Shown here: positions 30,775 to 40,607 of the stretch, piece after piece | How positions within the stretch are numbered: the stretch's first letter is position 1 | How the letters are laid out: each line of letters begins with the position of its first letter | IMG/VR virus record: IMGVR_UViG_3300037067_001478 | Coordinates: 1,258 to 65,257 of that record | Length of the DNA stretch: 64,000 bases | DNA from: a virus | Taxonomy: Duplodnaviria; Caudoviricetes | Strand: one strand, 5' to 3' | Made by a program: the position numbers and the translations under genes | The notes under the pieces: generated by a model | The model's input: only the letters and a program-made list of their open reading frames with translations | Database searches by the model: none | What the model was told of the DNA's origin: nothing

Positions 30775-31053
30775 TTAAAGTTTCTCCGCAATATGACGTG
30801 CCAAATATTTTATAGCGATGATAGCGCATTGAGTTTCTCCCGTCGTTGGAACATTCTTGATTGCCTTTTTTATAGGGAGATACATCTTACATTTCGTACA
30901 GTCAGAACCTTTGACGTAATTTGAGCAGCAATATAACACGCCGCCATCAAATTCATCGGCGAGAGTTTTGAATATACGCGCTGCAAATTCTTTGTCGTTC
31001 TCTTTCTCCTCAACAATAACGGTTTTCTTCGTAATAATTCTTTCAAACTTCAT
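30775..31053 (-). CDS. small Cys-motif protein
   Basis: CSNY...DCTKCKMY ... QCAIIAI. Confidence 0.55.
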   Translation of the reverse strand: MKFERIITKKTVIVEEKENDKEFAARIFKTLADEFDGGVLYCCSNYVKGSDCTKCKMYLPIKKAIKNVPTTGETQCAIIAIKYLARHIAEKL

Positions 31054-31547
31054 GATTTCACTCCTTCAAGTCTGCGCTTTTCGAGGTAAACTTCCCGTAG
31101 CACTTCACGGTTTTTCTTCAACTCAACGAGGGCTTTATCGATGGTAACTTTAACTTCATCCATCGACATATCCAAGTCACGGATACAATGAAGCCAATTC
31201 TCTGCGATACACGTCGGCATGATTGCGTCGTGCCACCATAAGTCCGACTGCTTATCATCGTGAGGCATATTACTTTAACACCACTGTTCCGTTAAGTCTT
31301 TCTGCTAAACCTTTGGCGCAATGAGGGAGCATAAAGGCGTATGCTTCCTCTTTGTTATCGGTGAGAACACCATGAGATTTGTAGTATTGCTTACCGACTT
31401 TCACGAGATAGAAACCGTCAAGCGTAGCCATCGACTGCACCCTCGTTCATTACCATCTGTCCATTCTCGATACTGTCAGGGAAATAACCGTATTCATAGT
31501 TATCTCCCATTGGTTCATCGTCATTGACGTAAGGCATCTCAATCATA

Positions 31548-31844
31548 TTACCAGTCCTCGAATGAAACTTCGAGATAATCCTCGATGTATTTCATGTTGT
31601 TCTTCTCGCAGAACTCTTTGATTATAGAGGTTTCGGAAGGATACTTCACGATAACTCCCGTAACGTGTCGCCTCGCTTCTTCTTCCGCTTCACGCGCCTC
31701 ATGATGCAGACGTGTGTATTCTGTGTGCGCCTCGGTGATTACGTCCTGGACTCTGGCCTTATCCTTCTTATTCACGAGGACAATTCCTTTAATGCCGTAG
31801 TCAGAATAGCAACCGCCATTATTTACGAGGACGATTTCCTTCAT
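31548..31844 (-). CDS. hypothetical protein
   Basis: ORF in operon. Confidence 0.5.
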   Translation of the reverse strand: MKEIVLVNNGGCYSDYGIKGIVLVNKKDKARVQDVITEAHTEYTRLHHEAREAEEEARRHVTGVIVKYPSETSIIKEFCEKNNMKYIEDYLEVSFEDW

Positions 31845-32019
31845 AAGCGCACCTCTAATGTCCTCATGTGTTCCAATGCGCGCTTCATGAGTGTCGCGTA
31901 TTCGTGAAGATACTTCAGACGGTTCCCCAATTCTGTCGCGCTCATCTCGTTGTTACGATACTTCACCGATATACTCTCGGCGAGATGCAATTCTGTCTTG
32001 TCAATGTCTGCGTCTGTAA

Positions 32020-32220
32020 TCATGCTTTCACCTTTGTTACGATGTAGTTCTCATACTCTACTTCGGCATACCACCGATGATAATCGGCGGGTGCTTCAAC
32101 ACATGCGCGCCCTGATGATGCGAGGGGAAACATAGTATTAAATACCTCGACCTTTACGCCCTGGGCTACGGCCTCTTTGAAGGCTTTCTTCGTCTTAAAA
32201 TCAGGATGAATGTGAACCAT
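32020..32220 (-). CDS. small virus-type hypothetical protein
   Basis: FKTKKAFKEAV ... HRWYAEV. Confidence 0.55.
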   Translation of the reverse strand: MVHIHPDFKTKKAFKEAVAQGVKVEVFNTMFPLASSGRACVEAPADYHRWYAEVEYENYIVTKVKA

Positions 32221-32394
32221 TACTCCTCACCACCAACCATAAACCATCCGATGTCGTTACCGTTTAAGTCACGAACATCGCCGTCTTGTTCTCCTGCTAC
32301 GATACGATTTCTGATGTTAAGGAGTATCTCTCCTATATCATCACGGTTCTGGAAGGCAGAACCACCACCGTTAAGGCATATGTCGCAATACATC

Positions 32395-33120
32395 TTAACA
32401 CATCTCGTTAATTGCGTCGTCCATATCTCTGTCGTCGTCCTTAAAGGCTTTGTCGCCCTTAAGGAACTCGATTTCAGAGGCGTTCAACTTCTCATACTCG
32501 TCGAGGAACGGGCATCCCTCGCATGTCTGCGACGTACATTCGTTGCACATCTTAAGCATGTCGTCCTCTAAACTGTCGGGGATATACTTATGAACCTCTT
32601 TGTAGTCGTCGTTGGAATAGAAGATACCCTCGTTGTAGAGGAACTCACCGATGATATACGCTTGCTTCTCCGTGAACACACAGAATTTTCCGTCGTCTTT
32701 GAGGAGTTGGTGTTCGATTTTCTTCGACTTGTCCATCGTCTTAATGAACATCATCGTATCGGAGATATACTTCGAGGCTTTCATGCCGTGAATAATCCCA
32801 TTGTGAGCGACGGCAACCTTACAATGCGCCCTCGTATTCTGCATCTCGTGAACGTCGTCAGTGATAGGGAACGGGTGGCAGTTACCTCGATTGACTGCGC
32901 CGTGTGTCGCCCATCGGAAGTGTATGCACACGTCTGCTTCCTTCACGGCTTGAAGGGATTTCCAGAGAGCATCCACGTCGAAGAATCCTTTGACGATATG
33001 AATCGTCTTACCTCGGCGATACATATATCCAGCGCCGTCTGGATTGTTCTCGAAGCAATTCTGGATGATGGTTTTCGACGGAAGGTTTGATTCTTTCGGC
33101 TTGACCACGATGATACACAT
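32395..33120 (-). CDS. class II (Ntn) glutamine amidotransferase (start reassigned to MCII)
   Basis: N-terminal nucleophile Cys, NPDGAG, HFRWATHG, NCHPF, AHNG, SDT. Confidence 0.9.
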   Translation of the reverse strand: MCIIVVKPKESNLPSKTIIQNCFENNPDGAGYMYRRGKTIHIVKGFFDVDALWKSLQAVKEADVCIHFRWATHGAVNRGNCHPFPITDDVHEMQNTRAHCKVAVAHNGIIHGMKASKYISDTMMFIKTMDKSKKIEHQLLKDDGKFCVFTEKQAYIIGEFLYNEGIFYSNDDYKEVHKYIPDSLEDDMLKMCNECTSQTCEGCPFLDEYEKLNASEIEFLKGDKAFKDDDRDMDDAINEMC

Positions 33121-33313
33121 TACTTGTTCCCCCATATTTTAACGGTGATAAATGCTATCGTGATGATGATAAGTCCGAAGCCTTCTTGGATTATCCATCC
33201 CATTAACATCCCCGCTACGAAGATGTTATAAGGGTACACGAGAAACGCTGCGATGGTGAGAACGCCCTTAAGAACGACGTTCATTGCGATTTGCTGTTTG
33301 GTAATTTTCTCCA

Positions 33314-34759
33314 TTACAATCCCCTCTCTGCGAGGTATTTCAGAAGTTCAGGGTAATCCTGAACGGCGTATTCCTTAATCTGCGCCCATGTCATATGCTC
33401 GATGGTATCCACGTCGAACACAGAGAGGCTGTGAAATAGACGGATTAACTGTATCGAGGCGATGATAGTGTTCACGTTTAACGTGCCTTTGAAGATACGA
33501 ACCTCGATAGTTTCGGAGTTGGTGAGGTTTACGCATGTGTATCTGTCGTAGCGCTTCTCTGACTTTGCCTCATCTACAACCTTATGAGTTATCGGCGTGG
33601 CTTCGGATACCTCACACATGCGCTTGGCGTATGCGTCGATTTCGTTCAAGACCTCGTCGTAGATGGTGAAGTCATGCTTCCGTCGTGAGAACTTGACGAT
33701 TTCAGTCCAGAACTTCTCGAAGAAGTAGATGAACGAGGTTATACGTTCCTCGGTTTTGCTGTCGTAGCAATCGCCGAAGGCTCGCCTGGACATATGAACG
33801 TGTAAACCACACGTCTTTGTTTCGTGTGAACGGTATCCCGCCGCCTTTGCGAGTTCGCAGACGTGTTCGTATGGACGGTGTTCCATTATCCACTCATACG
33901 TCATTGGGTGAGAGATAATCTCGAAGCCCTTCCATCCGAGTGAACCATCGTGGCAGCAGTAGAAATTGTCGGAGAGTTTCGACATATCGAATCGTGAAAC
34001 GTCGCCCTCGTCGATTTCCATCTCTGTTCCGAAGTAAAGCAATCCGTCGCCTTTGAAGTCGAGTTCAGGGCGGTAGCCGTATTTATGAATACCGTTCTCG
34101 TCTGGCCTACCATCGCGTCCACTTGTTTCCCAACACGACTGACAGTAGCAACCGTCGTTGTCGTCATTGTCGTCGCAGCACATATCGTCGCTGTGAACGA
34201 AGTTGCCACAGTCATTGCACCTCGTCCAATTATGGTTGTAACAACGGGTGCAGAGGGAACTATCGTTCTCGTCGTGATACATCTCGCGGTTGTTGAAATA
34301 CTCACCGCAGTCGATACAGACTGAATAGTTATCCTCGTAGCAACCATCGCATACGCATCCATCCTCGACGGAGTGCGCGTCGTCCATGTGGATAATTCTG
34401 TCGCACATATAACACGAGGTATAGTCGTCGTCAAAACACTTCTGACAGATGGCTGTTCCCTCGTATATGTGGCGCTCACCGTCAATGTCGTCGGTCATGA
34501 AGTCGCCACAGTCGTTGCACATCCAGAACTCGAAGATACTCCCGTCGAATATTTCCTCATACTCGAACCATGCGAGCAGTCTGGCGATGTCCTCGTCGTA
34601 GAATACGCGAGCGTTCAATTCGCAGTCCTCACTATCGTCACGTAGATAGTGTCTGACGAAATCGCAGTCGAGCGTTCCGTCTGCTTTCCTCGTCCAGACG
34701 AGTTCATGGGTGTATCTGCGCCCACTCTCGTCGATGTAAACCATGTCTGTCATGCTCAA
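33314..34759 (-). CDS. putative amidoligase (glutamine synthetase-like COOH-NH2 ligase) with N-terminal CxxC repeats
   Basis: FGTEMEI, HDGSL, FEIISHP, CGLHVH, RYTCVN, TIEVRIFKGT; eight CxxC in N-terminal half. Confidence 0.85.
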   Translation of the reverse strand: MSMTDMVYIDESGRRYTHELVWTRKADGTLDCDFVRHYLRDDSEDCELNARVFYDEDIARLLAWFEYEEIFDGSIFEFWMCNDCGDFMTDDIDGERHIYEGTAICQKCFDDDYTSCYMCDRIIHMDDAHSVEDGCVCDGCYEDNYSVCIDCGEYFNNREMYHDENDSSLCTRCYNHNWTRCNDCGNFVHSDDMCCDDNDDNDGCYCQSCWETSGRDGRPDENGIHKYGYRPELDFKGDGLLYFGTEMEIDEGDVSRFDMSKLSDNFYCCHDGSLGWKGFEIISHPMTYEWIMEHRPYEHVCELAKAAGYRSHETKTCGLHVHMSRRAFGDCYDSKTEERITSFIYFFEKFWTEIVKFSRRKHDFTIYDEVLNEIDAYAKRMCEVSEATPITHKVVDEAKSEKRYDRYTCVNLTNSETIEVRIFKGTLNVNTIIASIQLIRLFHSLSVFDVDTIEHMTWAQIKEYAVQDYPELLKYLAERGL

Positions 34760-34775
34760 TCATACTCCTTCAAAG

Positions 34776-34783
34776 TATTTAAA
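34776..34783 (-). promoter_or_regulatory. TATA box TTTAAATA
   Basis: Directly upstream of amidoligase start codons (34759/34753). Confidence 0.65.
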
Positions 34784-34856
34784 CCTTATGCCCAGGCGTT
34801 CCATCGTCGGGCTATGCGCTTCCTCGGTAATGAGCCGATAAAAAGCGTGGGATAGG

Positions 34857-35159
34857 TTACGGTTTCCCCGTAACGATGAGATTTCTGATGCTGTTCAGTT
34901 GGTTTATCGCCAGCCGCACTTCACACTTTTCAGGGTATTTCTTGCCGAGATTGGTGAAGTCCTCGACGTTCTGCGCTGCGTAGAGTTTACAGTGGAAACA
35001 GTCGTGAAATTCTTTGTTCGTCTTGAAACTCTCACATGAAACGTCGGAGAAAGCCTTCTCTAACGCCATTGCGCTCTCATTGGCTAACCGAGCGAGGTAT
35101 TCTTCGTCGTTCTCTTGTCGTGACTGCACGACTTTTATCGTCTGTCTTTCGTAGTTCAT
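34857..35159 (-). CDS. small Cys-motif protein
   Basis: SCE...DCFHCKLY ... KCEVRLAI. Confidence 0.55.
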   Translation of the reverse strand: MNYERQTIKVVQSRQENDEEYLARLANESAMALEKAFSDVSCESFKTNKEFHDCFHCKLYAAQNVEDFTNLGKKYPEKCEVRLAINQLNSIRNLIVTGKP

Positions 35160-35258
35160 GGTAACACCATAATTATACCGAGTAGTCCGAACGCGATACT
35201 GATTGTCGAGATTGACACAATTGCATTGAACGTGGTTTGATACTTCATGTTTTAACCT

Positions 35259-35288
35259 TCCAGCAACCCTTTATTACGCTCTGCGAGA
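35259..35288 (-). promoter_or_regulatory. 30-bp dyad TAATAA element
   Basis: Minus strand TCTCGCAG AGCG TAATAA AGGG TTGCTGGA; 22 nt to ATG 35248 of a short hydrophobic ORF. Confidence 0.6.
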
Positions 35289-35582
35289 AATGGTCGGCAG
35301 TATTCTGCATGGATACGCTATGGCAAAGAATGAACGTATGAGCATCTGCGACGCGCATACGAAGATGGTCGATAGTGCCACAGAGATTAAAACGACGTAG
35401 CCGATACAGGCCACGACGAGAATCACGTCTATCATGGGATTTCCTTCACGCTTATCGTCAGTTGAATGTGCTTACCCTCGTGACGTGCGATGAGTTCACC
35501 GAAAGAAAGAGAACCCGCGTCGTAGACTAACGACGGCAGTTCTCCGTATTTCTCGACTTTCCCACGTATGCTGACGGGCATG

Positions 35583-35945
35583 TTAATGCTCCGACGGGAG
35601 GATGATAATGCCGCCCTCAACCCATACCGAGAACTCGCCTTCAGGGAAGTCCGTCATTGAATACGACTGTTTGTAGAGGAGATTGTCGTTGCCATCCTCG
35701 ATGTATGACGTTGCTTTCCCGCCTTTGACGACGAGTTTCCAGACCTGAAAGTTGTGTGCGCGCACCTTCGGCTTCATGCGAGCGACGACGCTCATATCCG
35801 AAATCCACCAATGACACGAGGCTATCTCGATAAGGTCGGCAACTCCGTCTGTATGTGGCAGACAGAATCCGTTGCGGTGATACTGCGTCGTTCCGATGTG
35901 TCCTCGAAGCGCCGCCTTAAGTTCGTCAGTATTTTTGAATTGCAT
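35583..35945 (-). CDS. DUF6876-like protein
   Basis: HTDGV..L...A.CHWW.SD, FQVWKL, DGNDN, TDFPEG. Confidence 0.7.
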   Translation of the reverse strand: MQFKNTDELKAALRGHIGTTQYHRNGFCLPHTDGVADLIEIASCHWWISDMSVVARMKPKVRAHNFQVWKLVVKGGKATSYIEDGNDNLLYKQSYSMTDFPEGEFSVWVEGGIIILPSEH

Positions 35946-35966
35946 AATACTACTTCTCCTTATTAG

Positions 35967-35974
35967 TATTTAAA
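35967..35974 (-). promoter_or_regulatory. TATA box TTTAAATA
   Basis: 21 nt upstream of ATG 35945. Confidence 0.65.
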
Positions 35975-35983
35975 GCCATCGGC

Positions 35984-36286
35984 TTAATACAGTCCACCCT
36001 CGGTGGCTCCCATGAATCCGCACGTCGGGCATACGAACTCTCCGTCGCCTTTGCGCGCTACGTCCTCGTCAGTTTCCGTCTTACAGTTCGGGCATATGAG
36101 GAAAAGTTTCCCCGTTAATACACCTGGGTTCGGTGTTCCTGCTGTCGCTATGCCGTCACCGACCTTTAGAACGCTACCGCACGATGTGCATGTAGTGGTG
36201 TCGTCGGTGCTATCGTATTCCCCGTCTATTTCCTCGCCGCAGTTAGGGCAGTAATAGCGGAATACATCGGTAAAAGTTTTCTTCAT
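35984..36286 (-). CDS. double Zn-ribbon protein (start reassigned to MKKTF)
   Basis: CPNCG/CTSCG and CPNCK/CPTCG pairs. Confidence 0.65.
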   Translation of the reverse strand: MKKTFTDVFRYYCPNCGEEIDGEYDSTDDTTTCTSCGSVLKVGDGIATAGTPNPGVLTGKLFLICPNCKTETDEDVARKGDGEFVCPTCGFMGATEGGLY

Positions 36287-36362
36287 AAAATCCTTCTGCA
36301 CTCGATGGTGCGACACGTCGTAGAGGCATTGAACCTCTAAAAATAGGGAGCAATCTCCGACG

Positions 36363-36668
36363 TTACTCGTGGCGCTTGAACGTGAAGTTGTTCGCCTCAA
36401 GTTCCTTCTTGATACGTCTGGCCTCGTCGATGAGCGTGTTGAACGAACAATGTCCGTCGTAGATGCAGTTGTCGCAACGAACGCCAGCGCATACACAGCC
36501 CGACGATATTACTTCGAGTGCGGCGTAGAATTTGTTGTCCTCGATACGCTTGAGGATAATCTCTGCGTCGGTGATAGCGACTGTGTTATCCCGTATTTCT
36601 GCTCGCAATACATCGTTCTTCGCCTTTCTCTCGGCGACAAACGCAGTTAACTCTTTGACTCTCGACAT
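36363..36668 (-). CDS. small Cys-motif coiled-coil protein
   Basis: CVCAGVRCDNCIY..HCSF. Confidence 0.55.
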   Translation of the reverse strand: MSRVKELTAFVAERKAKNDVLRAEIRDNTVAITDAEIILKRIEDNKFYAALEVISSGCVCAGVRCDNCIYDGHCSFNTLIDEARRIKKELEANNFTFKRHE

Positions 36669-37020
36669 GATTCACCTTAACAAGTGGTTTCGCTCTGGAC
36701 GAGTACAGACGTTGACTCACCCGCGTCCATTGGGAAGCCGAGTTCTTTTGGCACGTCGTCGTACATCTCAACACCCATCTCGGTGGAGATACGGCAGATG
36801 AGAGCAATACGCTTGCCATGCGCGTCTACTGCCTCGACGGCAACGGAGTTCTTATAGGTCGATGCCTCAACGAGCCGAAGGAAGAATGGTAACTGCTGCT
36901 TCGGCGTTGCTTTAGTGAATATTCCTTTGAGTTTCATGATATTACCTGTCCTCGGTGATACGAGGTAGACGAACGTGTGGATATGAACCACTTAAGACGA
37001 ATACGCTATACGCGTTCGTT

Positions 37021-37052
37021 TAATATATAATATATATTACGCGCGTTCTGAC
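37021..37052. repeat. AT palindrome (9-1-9) forming imperfect inverted repeat with 40052-40086
   Basis: TAATATATA A TATATATTA followed by CGCGCGTTCTGA. Confidence 0.65.
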
Positions 37053-37464
37053 AACGAGGTGAAATTTATGGTATGGTTTGAGGGTTGGTTGATTTTGATG
37101 CTGCTTTTTTACGTCGAACATCGACTGACACCCACCAAAATCCCAAACCTACGCATATGCAAACCCATGTGGCATAAATTGGAACGTGCAGAAGGCTTAA
37201 TTTGTCGAAAGAAACCGTTAAAAACCTTTGAATACCACCATTTCCTGTGCAAATATGCCGATTAATCTGCGTTTATTTCGCAAATCTAACCGTTTTTCAC
37301 GCTTTAAATTTTTAAGCGGGTAACGTGCGTTTAATGCTCAAAATCGCGTTTATAACGGTAGAGATTTCTACACGTCGATGCAACGCCCTTTGAGTAATGC
37401 CACTCCGAGGAACGAACCTCGTAGAATTGACGCTTCAAAAGTGGTAGTTTTCCAGTGGAAATGC

Positions 37465-37776
37465 TTAAATCTCAATCACGTCTGGTAGCCTCGAAGAAAT
37501 CGTGGACTTTTTTGTTAATGCTTTTTGATTAACTACGGTTGCTTTGCACTTCTCTGCGCCTTTTAAGCGACTGACGTGATGCGCGCATACACGCTTCGGC
37601 TTTACTACGTCGATTGTGACGTTCTCATAGGCGACAGTTTCGTCTTTTAACGTGATGCTCACGACGTTTCCGAGGTTAATCGCCCTCGAATTGAAGTAAA
37701 CACGACTGTTTTTCAGACGATACGCATGACACTTGTATGTATCAAAGAGGGTTTTAATGACGATATACTGCGCCAT
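37465..37776 (-). CDS. basic hypothetical protein
   Basis: ORF coupled (TAATG) to an upstream 43-aa ORF. Confidence 0.45.
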   Translation of the reverse strand: MAQYIVIKTLFDTYKCHAYRLKNSRVYFNSRAINLGNVVSITLKDETVAYENVTIDVVKPKRVCAHHVSRLKGAEKCKATVVNQKALTKKSTISSRLPDVIEI

Positions 37777-38089
37777 TAAAGCATCCCCGTTAATACGTCG
37801 AACTTTTTCACGCTCATGTGCGCTATCGCGCTTTTTATGCGAGCCGCTACGCTATACGCCTGGGCCTGCGTTCGTACATCGTCTTTAAGAACGTCGAAGC
37901 GCTTCATATGTGAACCATCCAGCCACCGAAGGCATTTGTGTCGAGCATCTCGTATGGCACGAGGATTTTGTTGGCGAGTCTGACGTATTTAACGTCGTTC
38001 AGTTCGACGATTTCCATGACGATACTGCGCTCGTGAATGTTTAACTTCACAACGTCGTATTTCTGTGGTGTGTATTCCATGTTCTTACC

Positions 38090-38119
38090 TCTGCTACGCC
38101 CTTATTAAGGGCTACGAGA
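38090..38119 (-). promoter_or_regulatory. degenerate 30-bp dyad TAATAA element
   Basis: Minus strand TCTCGTAG CCCT TAATAA GGGC GTAGCAGA; 21 nt to ATG 38080. Confidence 0.5.
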
Positions 38120-39304
38120 ACACGACGTTTGACCGTCGCTGTTCCCCATAGTTGCTACGGAACGCTGCGCCCTTATAACACAATGCGCTCACACGCCGTA
38201 GATAAGTGAAAGAGATTCATCCGTCGTTGGTTACGTCGCAGTCGAGATTGGGCAACGTCGTAACCGCTGACGGCAATTTGTTTCACGTCGTTCTGTCGGC
38301 GTTGCACCCACACTACGATGTAATGTCCAGATGTCAAGGGCGATTTCAGACGTGTTCTCCGACGACATTCACGACGGTTCATACGAGGGAACGCATCTGG
38401 CACTCTCCTCATCTTCGTCGTTGCAGTCGTCAGCACATCGTTGTCGCCGATTGAGCCGACGGTTTACAGACGAGAGCGACGAAGCCACTGAAGGCTCACG
38501 AGATACAACGAAAGGTGTCTACGTCGAAACTCTGACGGCTCACTCCGCGCTGCTATCCGTTCTCACGGTAGACGGTGTTGGGTAGTTTACCCCGTCAGTT
38601 ACCTCGACGCATTTGATGCACCGCCTTTGTTCCCGTTGATTAACGCCTTAACCCCCCTGATTGACGATACAATCGCGGCATAGATTGTGTGCCGACTGTA
38701 TCCCGAAGGCTTCGACGTTGCTCACGAGGGTGTCCGAAGATAACAAGGATGCCACCCGACGAGAACTCCGACGGCTTTCACGACGCATCTCTCGTCGCTG
38801 TCGTCTGTTCCACCGATTGCTTCGTCATACGAGAACCTCGGATTTGGGATTCATCTCGTATCCATCGCCGTTTTAACGGCAAACCCTTCGACGGTGGTGA
38901 ACCGTCTTATCCGTCGTCGGAAAGGGTTATGCGAGGATAAGTGCTTCCTCGGTGCAGTAGTGCAGATTCATGCTGTCGTCGGCTATTACGACGAGGGTTG
39001 GTATGCGAGGGCTGTAACCTATGACGGTAGCCATCTCGGTAGCCATGTAGATTACCCTCTGTCCTGCGACGTATGGTTCCATTGCTTACACCCTCTGTGC
39101 CATTGTGCAGCGAACATCTACCTTCTGTCCACGCTCATACTGCCTTACTGCGGCAGTCGTCATTAGGTTGCTCATACACTGTGCGCGTTCTGTTATCGAC
39201 GTGCAGAGAACTACACTCCGAGGGAGAACGACGTATTTGCTCTCGTTGCTGTTCGTTTTTGGGCTTGCTTCGATTTTTTGCATGATGGAACATCGACTCC
39301 CAAG

Positions 39305-39312
39305 TATTTAAA
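39305..39312 (-). promoter_or_regulatory. TATA box TTTAAATA
   Basis: 21 nt upstream of ATG 39283. Confidence 0.55.
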
Positions 39313-39797
39313 CCTTTCGCTCTGACGAGAAACACGTCGGTGACGTCTGACCTCACGAGAGAGCCATCGACCTGCCCATCGTCCTTCTTCTCCCCGAACA
39401 TCGACGTGACCTCCGAGGTGTTCAGGCGTGGAGTGCCTTGCCCTCCCACGTCGTACCAGACGAGCCACACGTCAGTAGCCACCTCGACCCATCGACGTGA
39501 GCGCACCACCCCGCCCGCACCGTCGAAGAATCGAACGCGAAGGCACACGTCAGTGTCACCCCGAAGCCAACGTCAGTGTCCGAGGTGCGTCCTCTACGCG
39601 CACATCTACGCTATGCCTATGCGCATACGTCACATCTATGTGCCTACGAGTGTGTTATTACGTGCTACGAGCATACGTGTGTGTTACTTATGGGTGTTAC
39701 TACCAACTATGGCGTATGGCTTTCTCTTATTAGTAAGGTCCTGGAGATAAGTATATATAGTATAAGTATTAGTATATCAATCTTTCTATCCTTCTAT

Positions 39798-39838
39798 CAG
39801 ACGAGAACATAGACGAACATCAGACGAGAACATCGACG
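39798..39838 (+). repeat. short direct repeats CAGACGAGAACAT x2 plus AGACGAACAT
   Basis: Copies at 39798-39810, 39811-39820 and 39821-39833. Confidence 0.7.
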
Positions 39839-40051
39839 TTACTTTCCTCTTGCTTATCTACCTTTGGGCATAAGTATTTATACCAGGACTTACTTACTTA
39901 TGTGTATATAAGGCTTACGGCGAAAAATCAGGCCTGATAGGCGGCTTACATATAAAAGCAGCCACTTACGCAAAATTTTTCAGAAATTTCAACTCTCGTC
40001 CTCGTAGACCTATCGCATTTTAGTGATACCTTTATATACCTATCAGTGATA

Positions 40052-40086
40052 ATCAGAACGCACACGCGCGAATATATTATATATTA
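40052..40086. repeat. AT palindrome (7-1-7), partner of 37021-37052
   Basis: TCAGAACGCACACGCGCG AATATAT T ATATATT A. Confidence 0.65.
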
Positions 40087-40235
40087 TTCAGTGTTTCCTC
40101 GATCCAATTACTAAAATGCCTCAATTTAGTTCTCATTAGTAGTCCTTCGGACAAATTTCATGTACGGACTTTCTATCATAGTATTAACCAATCTCTATAA
40201 ATGCAGAGAAAAACCTTACATATTAAGGAATTACT

Positions 40236-40607
40236 ATGACCGAATTCACATGCAAAGCCTGTATCCACGCCGGAGAACCGCACACTTTTGGCGACTCCGA
40301 AGTTGTAGAGTGCAGATGCGCAGCAGTTACCATCAGCGGATTTCCTATCGTCAGAGCCGACTCATGGTGTACGCCGGGCAAACACGACTCGGTTGCGAAC
40401 AATGGCGCTTCTGGTGAGGAAATGGTTGATGAGGGCGAAGAATCAATGCACCCTGGCGACTACATAACCATGAACAATGGCGATGGTTCCTCAACTGTGC
40501 TACACGTTCCGACGACAATCATGAATCTGCACAGCAAAGTTAAGACGCTCGAACACGAAGTCGAACATTTAAGGAGCCGATCCCTGTGGCATCTAATAAA
40601 GCGCTGA
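40236..40607 (+). CDS. hypothetical protein, first gene of right arm
   Basis: CKAC, CRC, WC; C-terminal coiled coil. Confidence 0.55.
   Translation: MTEFTCKACIHAGEPHTFGDSEVVECRCAAVTISGFPIVRADSWCTPGKHDSVANNGASGEEMVDEGEESMHPGDYITMNNGDGSSTVLHVPTTIMNLHSKVKTLEHEVEHLRSRSLWHLIKR

Noticed and set aside
32020-36991. Two ORFs both starting MVHIH
   Set aside because: The second likely starts at MKLKGIF; similarity is limited to five residues.
39643-39672. Further dyad TAATAA copy (also a weak one near 30074-30103)
   Set aside because: Only about 11/16 arm matches and no plausible downstream start.
799-39812. Many plus-strand ORFs in the left arm and minus-strand ORFs in the right arm from the track
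   Set aside because: Antisense shadows of well-supported genes, without RBS or motifs.
39790-39840. Short repeats as a mini-CRISPR array
   Set aside because: Repeats are 10-13 bp with no unique spacers.
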